A stretch of 64,000 bases of DNA from an uncultured Gammaproteobacteria bacterium (lineage in GTDB: Bacteria; Pseudomonadota; Gammaproteobacteria; DRLM01): assembly GCA_947259075.1 (NCBI GenBank), contig CAMYKQ010000038.1, positions 18,750 to 82,749 of the forward strand, in the 5' to 3' direction. Shown piece by piece: positions 54,601 to 61,314 of this stretch. The position numbers and the translations under genes are program-made. Within the stretch, counting starts at the first letter, position 1, and the number at the start of each line of letters is the position of its first letter. The notes below the pieces were generated by a model. It was not told the DNA's origin and ran no database searches. It saw nothing but the letters and a program-made list of their open reading frames with translations.

Positions 54601-54795
54601 AACGACCGTGGTGACGGCGGCGTTTTCAGCGGTGACGCTGATTTGTCCCGAGGAGAGCAGGGTGACGCTGCCGCCACCGGGGTCGGTGGCTTCGTTAGTC
54701 GCGGTGCCCGCGCCATGGGCAAAGAGGGACCACAACAGCCCTGCTATGCACAAAAGGCCGGCGCGCATGCGTTGCGGCATGCGTGGATCGCCCAT
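45694..54795 (-). CDS. giant outer-membrane-anchored adhesin-like protein (Calx-beta/Ig repeats, Big_1, DUF11, SdrD-B-like, OmpA-like, Ig, C-terminal beta-barrel)
   Basis: Uninterrupted ORF of >3,000 aa; start uncertain (54768-54876). Signal peptide ending LFAHG-A. Eight Calx-beta-like domains ending DND/DDD. DUF11 (DITK..VTYTL..HDALP), GKVFQDPNRNG, OmpA motifs EGHTDSIG and NRRVEI. Amphipathic C-terminal strands ending WFLRLQGTY. Confidence 0.88.
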   Translation of the reverse strand: MGDPRMPQRMRAGLLCIAGLLWSLFAHGAGTATNEATDPGGGSVTLLSSGQISVTAENAAVTTVVAEIDPAAVPAASSGINFTYDVLPAINPGNTGIDQIAITAPAGYGGLSVTGVSLGGGAQTASGSCPAPAAGEYCAGVAGQVMTIRLGSKVSVTGTNIKISFNADAPGALGSGNFTSTVDDTGTGSIAAQATTAGNADGDAADANTQGVTVLPQVSFTAASQSGAENAGTLTITAQLSQVSAQNVSLPFTLGGTANNPADYTITASPLIISAGSLSADITVTVVNDALDEDGETVVVTMGTPVNAFAGGTTVHTATITDDDPAPSVSFAAAAASGAESVTPVNITVALSAASSKTVTVDYAVNGASSASGGGIDYTLANGTLTFNPGETSKVISLAVNDDLIAEGNETVMIDLANPSNASLGATPQQVYTVNDNDAAAVTISESGGATNVNETGPSSDSYTLVLATQPAANVTLTVTPDAQVDLGGGAGTAVVLSFTPLNWNLAQSVTVTAVDDASAEGPHNSSITHSANSADAAYNGLVIANVLVNISDNDVPGVTLNESGGVTTASEGGAGDSYTVVLNTAPSANVTVSVTPDAQVDLGAGAGTAVVLSFTPLNWNSAQTVNVTAVDDAIAEGPHSATITHGAASADLNYNALAIPTITVNIADNDTPGVTLSESGGGTSVAETGPGSDSYTVVLNSAPSANVVITVTPDAQVDLGAGAGTAVALSFTPLNWNNAQTVTVTAVDDASAEGPHGAVITHAAASADLNYNALAIPNIVVSISDNDLPGVTFNESGGATTASEGGAGDSYTVVLDSAPGANVVITVTPDAQADLGAGAGTAVALTFTPLNWNNAQTVTVIAIDDAIAEGPHSASITHGAASADLNYNALAIPNITVNVSDNDTAVINFAAASANGDEAFTPVSVNVTLSTASTQIITVNYSIDAAGTASGGGVDYTLASGTLTFNPGDTLKAISLAVNDDALDESDETVVINLSAPVNAILGATPQHSYTLNDNDAAPSAAFAAAGGNALENIPSALITVTLSAASGLPVSVDYGVDPASTATGGGVDYTLASGTLIFNPGETSKDISLAIIDDADTESNETVVVNLSNPLNATLGAIAQHVHSIDNDDNANAVTAAVGEITPASVVVGATGIAFTFDVLPAINPGDSGVDLLSVTAPTGFMGLAITGFSVNGGALAAACPAPAAGQYCASISGATMSVKLGAKLSASGNLQLRFSANAPLVSGASVFSATVDDSATPAAPQAVSAGDADGDPGDGNGLAVSTVFGVDPLASIVTAQPLIVIADGSAASTLSATLIDTSGLRVPGKTVVFDSDRGALDTITQAGAPTGADGSAIAQIRSNTIGVATLRATDISDNIVLLTQPKVYFTQGRVLDITKLANKDEVVIGDVVTYTLIIKNITDKDVLQVKLHDALPPNFKYVPGSTRLNGALAPDPAGHRPLIFGLGTLLARVDSNGNGSADPGEQGYTTLSYQLIVGAGATPREYVNTVYALDVCDVCYISNNAEARVSVTLDPVFDLGTIIGKVFQDPNRNGKQDQGEKGVSGAMVVLDNGSYALTDEHGRYHFPAVKPGPRALKINLQALDAGAEVTTEEITVVNITPGLLAKANFGVIYQHEVEIIGRAANHGLRAQTELGEKPASVFGSVEMLTALVNGYSLALPNGDIKLGLTSVDDLININSGKLEQPLRLSVNIDSKAKVNAWLFTVNNAAHQTVRTLRGEGAPPPVIEWDARDDHGDLLEGGEIYEYQLELDYADDGVARSARRLVGVNRSSAIAVNLTGGAFELGSSQLSPAARQALRESSALLLRFPEEKVVIEGHTDSIGSDEANLRLSQERAEAAARYLMEEEDIPRERLVVRGFGSRRPMASNGLPEGRELNRRVEIKGLVGKVETISVTDQYRAEPGAVINGKTLPLQGGGVFQTQIEPASATEFDIQLTSAQDKSSLARIAVPSLNLPAGEVRVPYGARDDEQGYYADARDVVARAAPEEIVMGFRLHGRTEPGNIVQLDDRRLPVEAAGRFAADIKLKQGVNFFTLLLRNEANFTRVVDLKVKVSARDENGALYLLVQPVPRLAVNFPPKDAALTSPVLVVSGATEPGNKVSVNAKEVALQDDGRFSTTVTLPLGHSSIEVNVSDPAGNSGRISRDIEVRDSKLFLLAFADGKIGQMQAKGYVQGAGMDGASQFYSEGRIAYYLKGVIAGKYLVTSAFDSGTNELGDMFKDLDRAENDRLLTNIDPDKLYPVYGDDSTVVYDSESSGKFYLAVDSDELHAVIGNYPVNFTDTELATYQRTLFGGRLAYQSLARTQYGAPDTQVAVFSAAVRQMHVRDELRATGGSLYYLSHGDIIEGSEQVTLVVRDKDTGLVLSRQPQQQNTDYNIRYVEGRILFTRPLASTQADSRLVDRALLGGNPVSIEVDYETEAAFFEKSASGGRVRQQLNDHVAIGGTYVQDEGAAGQYQLQGLDTEIRLGKGTRLLAEMAQSEGSDGQSFYSDDGGLSFKETTPLDTSSGQAWKLAAEMDIGEWFGQANRYRMGAYMKRLGPGFISNGNSSEISSEKSGLNMSLQVSERDKVLLRQDQEKILSASGDSESSTTTAQLRHAAERWSATAEYQQKETSNAATGINDSSLMAAELRLRVTEKLTASIEQQFTLSGADNDQTGIGVDYSLSSALTLKAKGISGSLGQAAELGAEFNLDGNRLYLTQRLSRDMQNNGRNTTIVGAQSPLGRDGKVYSEYQWEVADQGDRNVSLIGAEQKWRLRRGLQLLLAAELGKIQAASGGSDRYAIATGLSYSHPRGLSASTRNELRRESGVQEREQFLSTNSAELKLDPDYTLLGKYRYSLSRDLDNDVVEAEFEESSLGLAYRPVASDRFNALARYTRQADQRPLSLGAGDMQNISRDIASIEWSLELTPALEWVDKLALRMKEERAGGRPSIATTTFLSINRLNYRIRPRIDLGAEYRLLSQQETDDQRQGWAADVMWRAMEHVRVGGGYNFTDFSDSEFSDNDYSVHGWFLRLQGTY
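52084..53482 (-). repeat. intragenic tandem repeat: four ~350-bp Calx-beta-like units forming two 699-bp dimers
   Basis: Equivalent GCTGTCG sites at 53410/52711 and 53062/52363, both offset by 699 nt. Peptide TPDAQVDLG.GAGTAV.L.FTPLNWN appears four times. Confidence 0.9.
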
Positions 54796-54959
54796 GGCGT
54801 GACGACTTCGCACTATGTGCTCATCGACGTTGCTGACATCGGGAACTAAGACGAATTCACGCGGGCCTGCGTGCAAACGCGGACGCGCGCCGTGGCGCGC
54901 CGTGCCCTAGCGTGAAATCATCCGAGCCGTGCCGGCATGTAAGCCGGCAAGGCCCGGTC

Positions 54960-55571
54960 TTAGTTCTTGACCGCCTGGAACATCAGCGCGAAGGTCTTGT
55001 TGGCGCCCAAGCTGACGCTGCTGTTGGCCTGACCCGTTACCGCGCCCACCGTGATGGTGCCCGCCACATGGGAGGCGAAGTCATCCGGAGCGCCGAGGGC
55101 GTCGGTTTGCGCCGTGCCGCCGTTAGCCGCGGTATAGAGGTTGGCGATGGTGGCGTTGTCGGCTTGAGCCGAGTCGTATTTCAGCGAGGCCGCCGTGTAG
55201 GTAAAGCCGGTGCCGCTGGTATCCAAGACGTCTTGGAAGCGGACGTCGGTCAAGGCGATCGCCGTGGCGTTACGCACGAAGATCATGAACTTGAGCGGTG
55301 TGCCGACCGGGACGGTCACCGAGGTGGCGCCACCGTTACAGCCGGCATCCGTCGGACTGCTGGCCAAGCAATTGCCGCTGGCGTCGTAGACTTGTTTCAC
55401 CAGCGCGAGCTGCGTGGAATTGACGGTAACGTTGCCTGATCCCGTCAAGCTCACGCCGCCGCCGCCCGGGTCGGTGACCGCGTTGGTGGCCGCCTGCGCG
55501 CCGAGCGTGAACAGGCTGGACAGCAAAGACAGCCCTATGACTAGGGATAGGCGCTTGAATAAAAATTTCAT
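54960..55571 (-). CDS. secreted DUF11-like protein, candidate fimbrial subunit
   Basis: GAGGAG RBS, signal peptide ending AQA, LALVKQ..LKFMIFVRN..DVRFQDVL..FTYTAASL (DUF11-like), one Cys pair. Confidence 0.8.
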   Translation of the reverse strand: MKFLFKRLSLVIGLSLLSSLFTLGAQAATNAVTDPGGGGVSLTGSGNVTVNSTQLALVKQVYDASGNCLASSPTDAGCNGGATSVTVPVGTPLKFMIFVRNATAIALTDVRFQDVLDTSGTGFTYTAASLKYDSAQADNATIANLYTAANGGTAQTDALGAPDDFASHVAGTITVGAVTGQANSSVSLGANKTFALMFQAVKN

Positions 55572-56333
55572 CTTCGTCTCCTCAATAAAACGGACCTATT
55601 GATCTGGGCCGCAGCCGGTCCGCTGAGCGGCTGCGCCAGGTGTTGGCCATCCTTTGCCGGTGACTTTCATGTCGTGACATTTCCTGAGCCCCTTCCAGGG
55701 CTGGACTTTTTTGGCGAGGACAAGAGCTTGAGCGAACGCGAACGCGTTATGACGGCGGGCGGAAGGGATGAGATTGCCCAGATAAACTGTGAGAGTGCTG
55801 TGTGGGTACTGCTTCGTTAGCACTGTTTGCTCAACTCGTTGTTCCCCGTACCCCTCGGGTGCTGCTCATAAAGCCAATCCCACTAAAATTACAAATCAAG
55901 TCGTTATGGTTTTTCGTGAGGCATGCTTGGGCCGGCATCGCGCGCTAAAGCGATGTGCCGGGGATTACAACTTGGTTTTGCCAAGCGGTAAGGCCGGTGC
56001 TTAAAACATGAACTCCGTCATGGAAAGATGTCGGCAGCAGGGGGGATTAATTGAGTGAAGTATGCAGGGGGTTGCTGGGGAGCGTATCTGCATAAGGCCG
56101 AAGTGAATTGAGGGCGCCATGCCACGGCTTAGCGTATTGGGGTAACGGGTTTGCGCGCGGGGGGCACCCCCCGCACCCGGAAAAATATTTGCCCGTCCGG
56201 CGGAAATACAGCCGTGCCGTATGGGGAGTAAGGCCGCCCTGCCGTGGCGGCTTGATGCGGTGTATTGCTGGGATGGTGGGTGCGGCGGTGCGGGCGTCAA
56301 TGCTTGCCGCGGCGCGTTCGACATCTTTTGAGC

Positions 56334-57257
56334 TTATCGCGGCGCGAATGTTTCGTAACTGTGTTCGATGAGGGCGCCGCTGGTCGCGCCATGCTCGGGA
56401 AAGGTGGCAAACCCCGCGATGATGATGACATGCCCGGTGGCAAAGGTTTCCTGTCCCGGGAACGCGTGCTGGTTGATTCTTGCCGTCAATCTATCGAGAA
56501 GCGCCAGCGCGCCGTCGATATTGGTTTCAGGCAGCAACAAGGCGAATTCGTTGTCAGCGTAGCGCGTCAGCGTGTCGGAAGTGCGGATGAAATTGTGCAA
56601 GAACTTACCCAGCGAATAAAGTAATAAATCACTGGCTTTGCTGCCATGCTGGGCTTGATAAGCGCTGAAATCCATGATGCCAGTAATGACCACGGAAAAC
56701 TTGCGTTCATAGCGTTGTGAACGGGAGAGCTCCATGGCCAATATTTCGTGAAAATGTTTTTTGTTGTGCAGTCCGGTGAGTTCATCGATGGTGGCGAGCC
56801 GGTGCAGCTTGCGCGTGACGTTATTCAGCCCGTCGGCGTGTTGTTTTACTCGGTCCGATAATAAGCGATTATCGTGCATCAGCTGGTATTTTTCCGCGGC
56901 GCGTTCGATGACGGTGACGATGATGCCGCTTTCGTCGGTGGGCACGGTAACGCAATCATAGGCGCCCGCTTCCAAGGCATGTTTGGCGATATTCAGCTGT
57001 ACGCGGTGTACGACCGCCACGGTTTGGGTGTTCGTTGAGCGCAAACGGACGTCTTGGATCAGGCGCAGGCCGCCCGCGCTGTCGCGCGTGGTGTTGATCG
57101 CGATAACCGCGAACTGAGTTTTTCTCAACATGCTCAGGGCTTGGGCCGCGTCCGTGGCGCGCATCACGTTGTGTCCGCGCTGGGTGAGCGCCGTGGAGAT
57201 TGAGCTGGCGACGGTTTCTTCGTCGTCGACAATGAGGATGTGCGCTGGATTGGACAT
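56334..57257 (-). CDS. REC-GGDEF protein with degenerate active site
   Basis: ILIVDDE, but the phospho-Asp position reads AVIAIN. A-site RYADNEF replaces RYGGEEF; I-site RTSD retained. Confidence 0.85.
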   Translation of the reverse strand: MSNPAHILIVDDEETVASSISTALTQRGHNVMRATDAAQALSMLRKTQFAVIAINTTRDSAGGLRLIQDVRLRSTNTQTVAVVHRVQLNIAKHALEAGAYDCVTVPTDESGIIVTVIERAAEKYQLMHDNRLLSDRVKQHADGLNNVTRKLHRLATIDELTGLHNKKHFHEILAMELSRSQRYERKFSVVITGIMDFSAYQAQHGSKASDLLLYSLGKFLHNFIRTSDTLTRYADNEFALLLPETNIDGALALLDRLTARINQHAFPGQETFATGHVIIIAGFATFPEHGATSGALIEHSYETFAPR

Positions 57258-57288
57258 TCAGTCGTTACATTTGTAAATATTGTTTGGG

Positions 57289-58281
57289 TTATAGGTCATG
57301 GCTGTAGCCGGTCACTTTGTTGCGTCCTGAGCGTTTGGCGCTATACAGGGCCTTGTCGGCCTTTTCGATAAGGATGCCGGGTTCGTTGCCGTCATCGGGG
57401 AAGTTGGCCAATCCGATGCTGACGGTGATCTTGCCGCCGGGTTGGCATTCTCCCCCGTAGAACGCATGTTCCGCGATATGCTGGCGAAGATTGTTGGCCA
57501 AGATTAAGGCGCCGTCCTTCGTGGTTTCAGGAAGAATCAATACGAACTCCTCCCCGCCGTAGCGGGCCACGGTGTCGGATTGGCGCAGGCGATGGCTGAA
57601 TATGTCGGCCAGATTTTTTAATAGCTCGTCACCTTGCGGATGACCGTGAGTGTCGTTGTAGTGCTTGAATTGATCGACATCGATGAAGAGCAAGGAATAT
57701 TGGCGCTTATGGCGCAAGGCGCGCGCGTGCTCGATGCCGATGGCTTCGAAAAAATAGCGGTGGTTGTAGAGGCCGGTCAGACCGTCCTTAACCGCCAGTT
57801 CTTGCAAGACGTGATTGACCTTTTCCAGTTCGACATTGTGTTTTTTCAGGCGGCTGACCAGCAGCTTGTTGTCATGAATAAGCCGGATTCGTTCCACGCT
57901 GCGATTAATGACATTGGTCACGATCTCGAATTGTTCGAAAGGTTTAATCAGATAATCAGTCGCGCCGGCGCGCAGGGCGCACACCGCCGAATGCAGGGAG
58001 GCGTAGCTGGTTATGATGATGACTTGGGTGTCGGGCTCGCTGGCCTTGATTTTCTCCAGCACCTCCAGTCCGCTGATATTGGGCAGGCGGATATCGACCA
58101 GCACCAGCGGGTGGCGCCCTTGTTCGAATAAGGCTAAAGCGTGTTCGCCGTCGGCGGCCGTGGTGACTTTGTGGCCTTCATCCGTCAAGAGTTCTTCGAG
58201 GACGTTGCGCAGGCTTTCTTCGTCATCGATCACTAAAATATCGATACCGGAACTCATGTCATTATGGCCGGCATTATTCAT
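57289..58281 (-). CDS. response-regulator diguanylate cyclase (REC-GGDEF)
   Basis: LVIDDE, LVLVDIRLP, DGLTGLYN, RQSD, RYGGEEF. Start 58281 (ATGA overlap) or 58257. Confidence 0.93.
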   Translation of the reverse strand: MNNAGHNDMSSGIDILVIDDEESLRNVLEELLTDEGHKVTTAADGEHALALFEQGRHPLVLVDIRLPNISGLEVLEKIKASEPDTQVIIITSYASLHSAVCALRAGATDYLIKPFEQFEIVTNVINRSVERIRLIHDNKLLVSRLKKHNVELEKVNHVLQELAVKDGLTGLYNHRYFFEAIGIEHARALRHKRQYSLLFIDVDQFKHYNDTHGHPQGDELLKNLADIFSHRLRQSDTVARYGGEEFVLILPETTKDGALILANNLRQHIAEHAFYGGECQPGGKITVSIGLANFPDDGNEPGILIEKADKALYSAKRSGRNKVTGYSHDL

Positions 58282-59276
58282 TTTTTTGGCGAAGACAGGC
58301 CGGGGTTCGAAGTCTCGGCCTTGATGACTTGATTTCGCCCCGATTTTTTTGCCTTGTAAAGCGCTTGGTCGGCTTGGTGAAGTACGCTGGAAGCGTCGTC
58401 GCCGTCTTCCTTGAAGGTTGAGACGCCGATGCTGGCCGTGAGTTTGCCGCCAGGCTGAGTTTCTCTGCCCGCGAAGGGATGATTCTCAACTTCTTCTCTG
58501 ATGCTTTCCGCCAGGATGGTGGCGCCTTCCTTGCCGGTTTCCGGCAGTAAGAGCACGAATTCCTCGCCGCCATAGCGCGCGGCGATATCGGAGGTGCGCA
58601 AGCGCTCGCGCAGCAGCTCGCCGAGCTTATGCAGCAACTGATCGCCCAAGGGGTGTCCATGGGTATCGTTGTACTTTTTGAAATAATCCACGTCGATAAA
58701 GATGAGTGAGAAGGGACGCTGGTGGCGCCGCGCGCGGGCGACTTCCATGGTCAGGGTTTCTTGAAAATAACGGTGATTGTACAGTCCGGTGAGGCCGTCG
58801 CGGATGGCGAGCTCCCGCAATACTTGGTTGACGTTTTCGAGTTCATTGTTGTAACTCTTGAGTTTCTCCACCAGCTGCTTGTTTTCGATGACGAGACGGA
58901 TTTTCTCGGTGGCGCGATTGACCACCGCGGAGATCAGCTCCAAGTCTTCAAAGGGTTTTATTAAATAGTCATAAGCGCCGGCGCGCAGCGCGTTCAAAGC
59001 GGTGTCGAGCGAGGCGTGGCTGGTCATGATGACGACTTGGGTCTCCGGATTTATTTCTTTAATTTTATTCAGAAGATCGATGCCGCTCATGCCGGGCATG
59101 CGGATGTCGGTGATGACCAGGACATAGTGGGATTGCGTGAAAAAGGTCAGCGCCTCTTCCGCGCTGGCTGCCGTGGTAACCGGATAACCGTCGTCGGTCA
59201 GCACCTCATGCAGTACTTCGCGCAGGCTTTCTTCGTCGTCCACGACGAGGATGGGCAGTGAATTCTTTTCACTCAT
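58278..59276 (-). CDS. response-regulator diguanylate cyclase (REC-GGDEF)
   Basis: LVVDDE, VITDIRMP, DGLTGLYN, RTSD, RYGGEEF. Confidence 0.93.
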   Translation of the reverse strand: MSEKNSLPILVVDDEESLREVLHEVLTDDGYPVTTAASAEEALTFFTQSHYVLVITDIRMPGMSGIDLLNKIKEINPETQVVIMTSHASLDTALNALRAGAYDYLIKPFEDLELISAVVNRATEKIRLVIENKQLVEKLKSYNNELENVNQVLRELAIRDGLTGLYNHRYFQETLTMEVARARRHQRPFSLIFIDVDYFKKYNDTHGHPLGDQLLHKLGELLRERLRTSDIAARYGGEEFVLLLPETGKEGATILAESIREEVENHPFAGRETQPGGKLTASIGVSTFKEDGDDASSVLHQADQALYKAKKSGRNQVIKAETSNPGLSSPKK

Positions 59277-59454
59277 CAAGTCAGCCTCTTTACACGTGCC
59301 GCATCATTGCGGGCTACGAAAGGCGCCGCGGTGCTAGACGCGTTCGACGGCACATTCAGGGTGGACGCATCCATTGATGGATACTTACGTCGGAATAATC
59401 GTCATAATCCGGTATTTCTTGAGTGGGTAAATTCCCGTGGGACGCCAGATCCGT

Positions 59455-61314
59455 TCAGCCCGCGGCGGCGCGCGCGTCAACCTCCTTGGGCGAGACCGTG
59501 GCCGGCAGGGTGATGACGAAGCTGGCACCCTGTCCCGGCTCGCTTTCGATATGAATCTCGCCTTGGTGATCGCGGATGATGCCATAGCTCACCGATAGCC
59601 CCAGGCCGGTGCCTTTGCCGACCGCCTTGGTGGTGAAGAAGGGCTCGAAGATCTTGGCTTGAATTTCCTTGGGGATGCCGGGGCCGGTGTCGCTCACGCG
59701 CACCTCGAGCTTATCGCCGTCCAGCAAGCGCGTGCTCACGGTGACCGAACCGTTCTTGCCGTCCATGGCCTGTTGGGCGTTGATCATTAAATTCATCAGC
59801 ACTTGCTGCAGCTGATTGCCATTACCCATGAATTTGGGCAGGTCCGGCGTGAGCTCTTTGTTGAGCTTGACCTGGTTGATGGTGAGCTGGTGATCGACGA
59901 TGGCGCAGGCCTCGCTTACCACGTTATTGAGCTCGGTGATTTCCATCGCCACTTTTTCCTGACGGGCGAACCTCATGAGATTTTCGATGATCTCCTTGCA
60001 GCGTTTGGTCTCTTTTTCGATGAGACTCAAGTGCCGGTACACGGGGCTTTCCTTGTCGACCTTGCGCATCGACAGTTGCGCGTAGCCGAGGATGCCCGCC
60101 AGCGGGTTCTTCACCTCATGGGCGATACCGGCGCTGAGCTGGCCGAAGGCGGACATTTTTTCCGACTGCACCAGCGCGGCCTGCGCCTGTTTGAGTGCCT
60201 CCTCGCGGCTGTGCAGCTCGGTGGCCATGTGATTGAAGCTGTGGGCGAGCTCACCCATCTCGTCATTGCTGGTGATGTCGACGTGGATATCGAATTTACC
60301 CTGCCCGACCTCGCGGGCGGCGAGGGAGAGCTGTTCCACCGGCCGGGTGATTTGCCGCGACCAAAACAGGCTCATGAGCGCGGAGAGGACCAGCAGACCC
60401 AAGCTGACGCCGGTTAAGTTGTTGAGCAATTCGCGCGCGGTCAAATAGGCGGCGGATTTGGGTATCTGCGTGCCCAGCACCATTTTCGACACCTCGACGC
60501 GGGCGAAGGCGCCCACCATCTCGTTGCCGTTGGCGAGGTATTCCAATGAACTGGCCGCGGTTTGGCCTTTTATCAAAGGTTCCAGCGCGCGCAGGGTGTC
60601 CAAGGGCAGCCAGTCCAGCGGCGCGCGGGCGCTGACGTGTTGCGGCTCGCGGCTGACGAGAATGTTTCCGGCGTTGTCGACGATGAAGATCTCGAACACG
60701 CTGGTGCGGTCCGCCACCCGCAGCAAGGCGTCCATTTTAATGGTGGCGGCGGCGATGACGGGCGCTTCGGTGTCGGTCAAGGCCACCGGCGTGGCGAGGA
60801 CGAAGGCCGGGAGTTTATCGTTGAGGGTGGCATTGAACACGAAAGGCCGTTCCGTGGTGATTTTGTCGAAGGGCAGCGGGTTGGCGTCGCGAAAGGCTTG
60901 CAGGTCTTGTTTGGCGAGCCCCGCGCCCTGCAGGCCGCGGGCGTCGAACACCGTGGCTTGTTCAGTTTTGTTTTGATAGAGCGTGACGGCGATGAATTCC
61001 GGGAAGTCTTCGAACAGACCCTCCAGTAATTTGGCCTTTTCCTGTTGCGGCAGGAAGGGGTCGTACATCACGCGGCCGAAGACCTGTAAGCGCTCGTTAT
61101 ACCCTTGCACGATGGAGTTCACCTCTTCCGCGGCGTGCACCGCCACCAAGGAGGTCAAGTCACGAATATAGGTGCGCTTGTCGCTGTGAAACAGATTGGC
61201 CATGGTGAAGGTGATGACGCTCACCACGATGGTAATCACCACCAGCAAGGACAGCAGGATTTTGAAGCGCAGCGGAATGCGCAGGCCGCGGCGTGGCGTG
61301 GTAACGGCGCTCAT
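59455..61314 (-). CDS. membrane sensor histidine kinase (Cache-like-HAMP-HisKA-HATPase)
   Basis: Two TM helices, HAMP DEMGELA, AGIAHEVKNP, NLMINA, DTGPG, GKGTGLGL. Confidence 0.93.
   Translation of the reverse strand: MSAVTTPRRGLRIPLRFKILLSLLVVITIVVSVITFTMANLFHSDKRTYIRDLTSLVAVHAAEEVNSIVQGYNERLQVFGRVMYDPFLPQQEKAKLLEGLFEDFPEFIAVTLYQNKTEQATVFDARGLQGAGLAKQDLQAFRDANPLPFDKITTERPFVFNATLNDKLPAFVLATPVALTDTEAPVIAAATIKMDALLRVADRTSVFEIFIVDNAGNILVSREPQHVSARAPLDWLPLDTLRALEPLIKGQTAASSLEYLANGNEMVGAFARVEVSKMVLGTQIPKSAAYLTARELLNNLTGVSLGLLVLSALMSLFWSRQITRPVEQLSLAAREVGQGKFDIHVDITSNDEMGELAHSFNHMATELHSREEALKQAQAALVQSEKMSAFGQLSAGIAHEVKNPLAGILGYAQLSMRKVDKESPVYRHLSLIEKETKRCKEIIENLMRFARQEKVAMEITELNNVVSEACAIVDHQLTINQVKLNKELTPDLPKFMGNGNQLQQVLMNLMINAQQAMDGKNGSVTVSTRLLDGDKLEVRVSDTGPGIPKEIQAKIFEPFFTTKAVGKGTGLGLSVSYGIIRDHQGEIHIESEPGQGASFVITLPATVSPKEVDARAAAG

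Noticed and set aside
46591..54849. Long plus-strand ORFs (e.g. 49498-50955, 47776-48888, 46591-47655)
   Set aside because: Antisense shadows of the giant GC-rich gene with no recognisable motifs; expected from codon bias.
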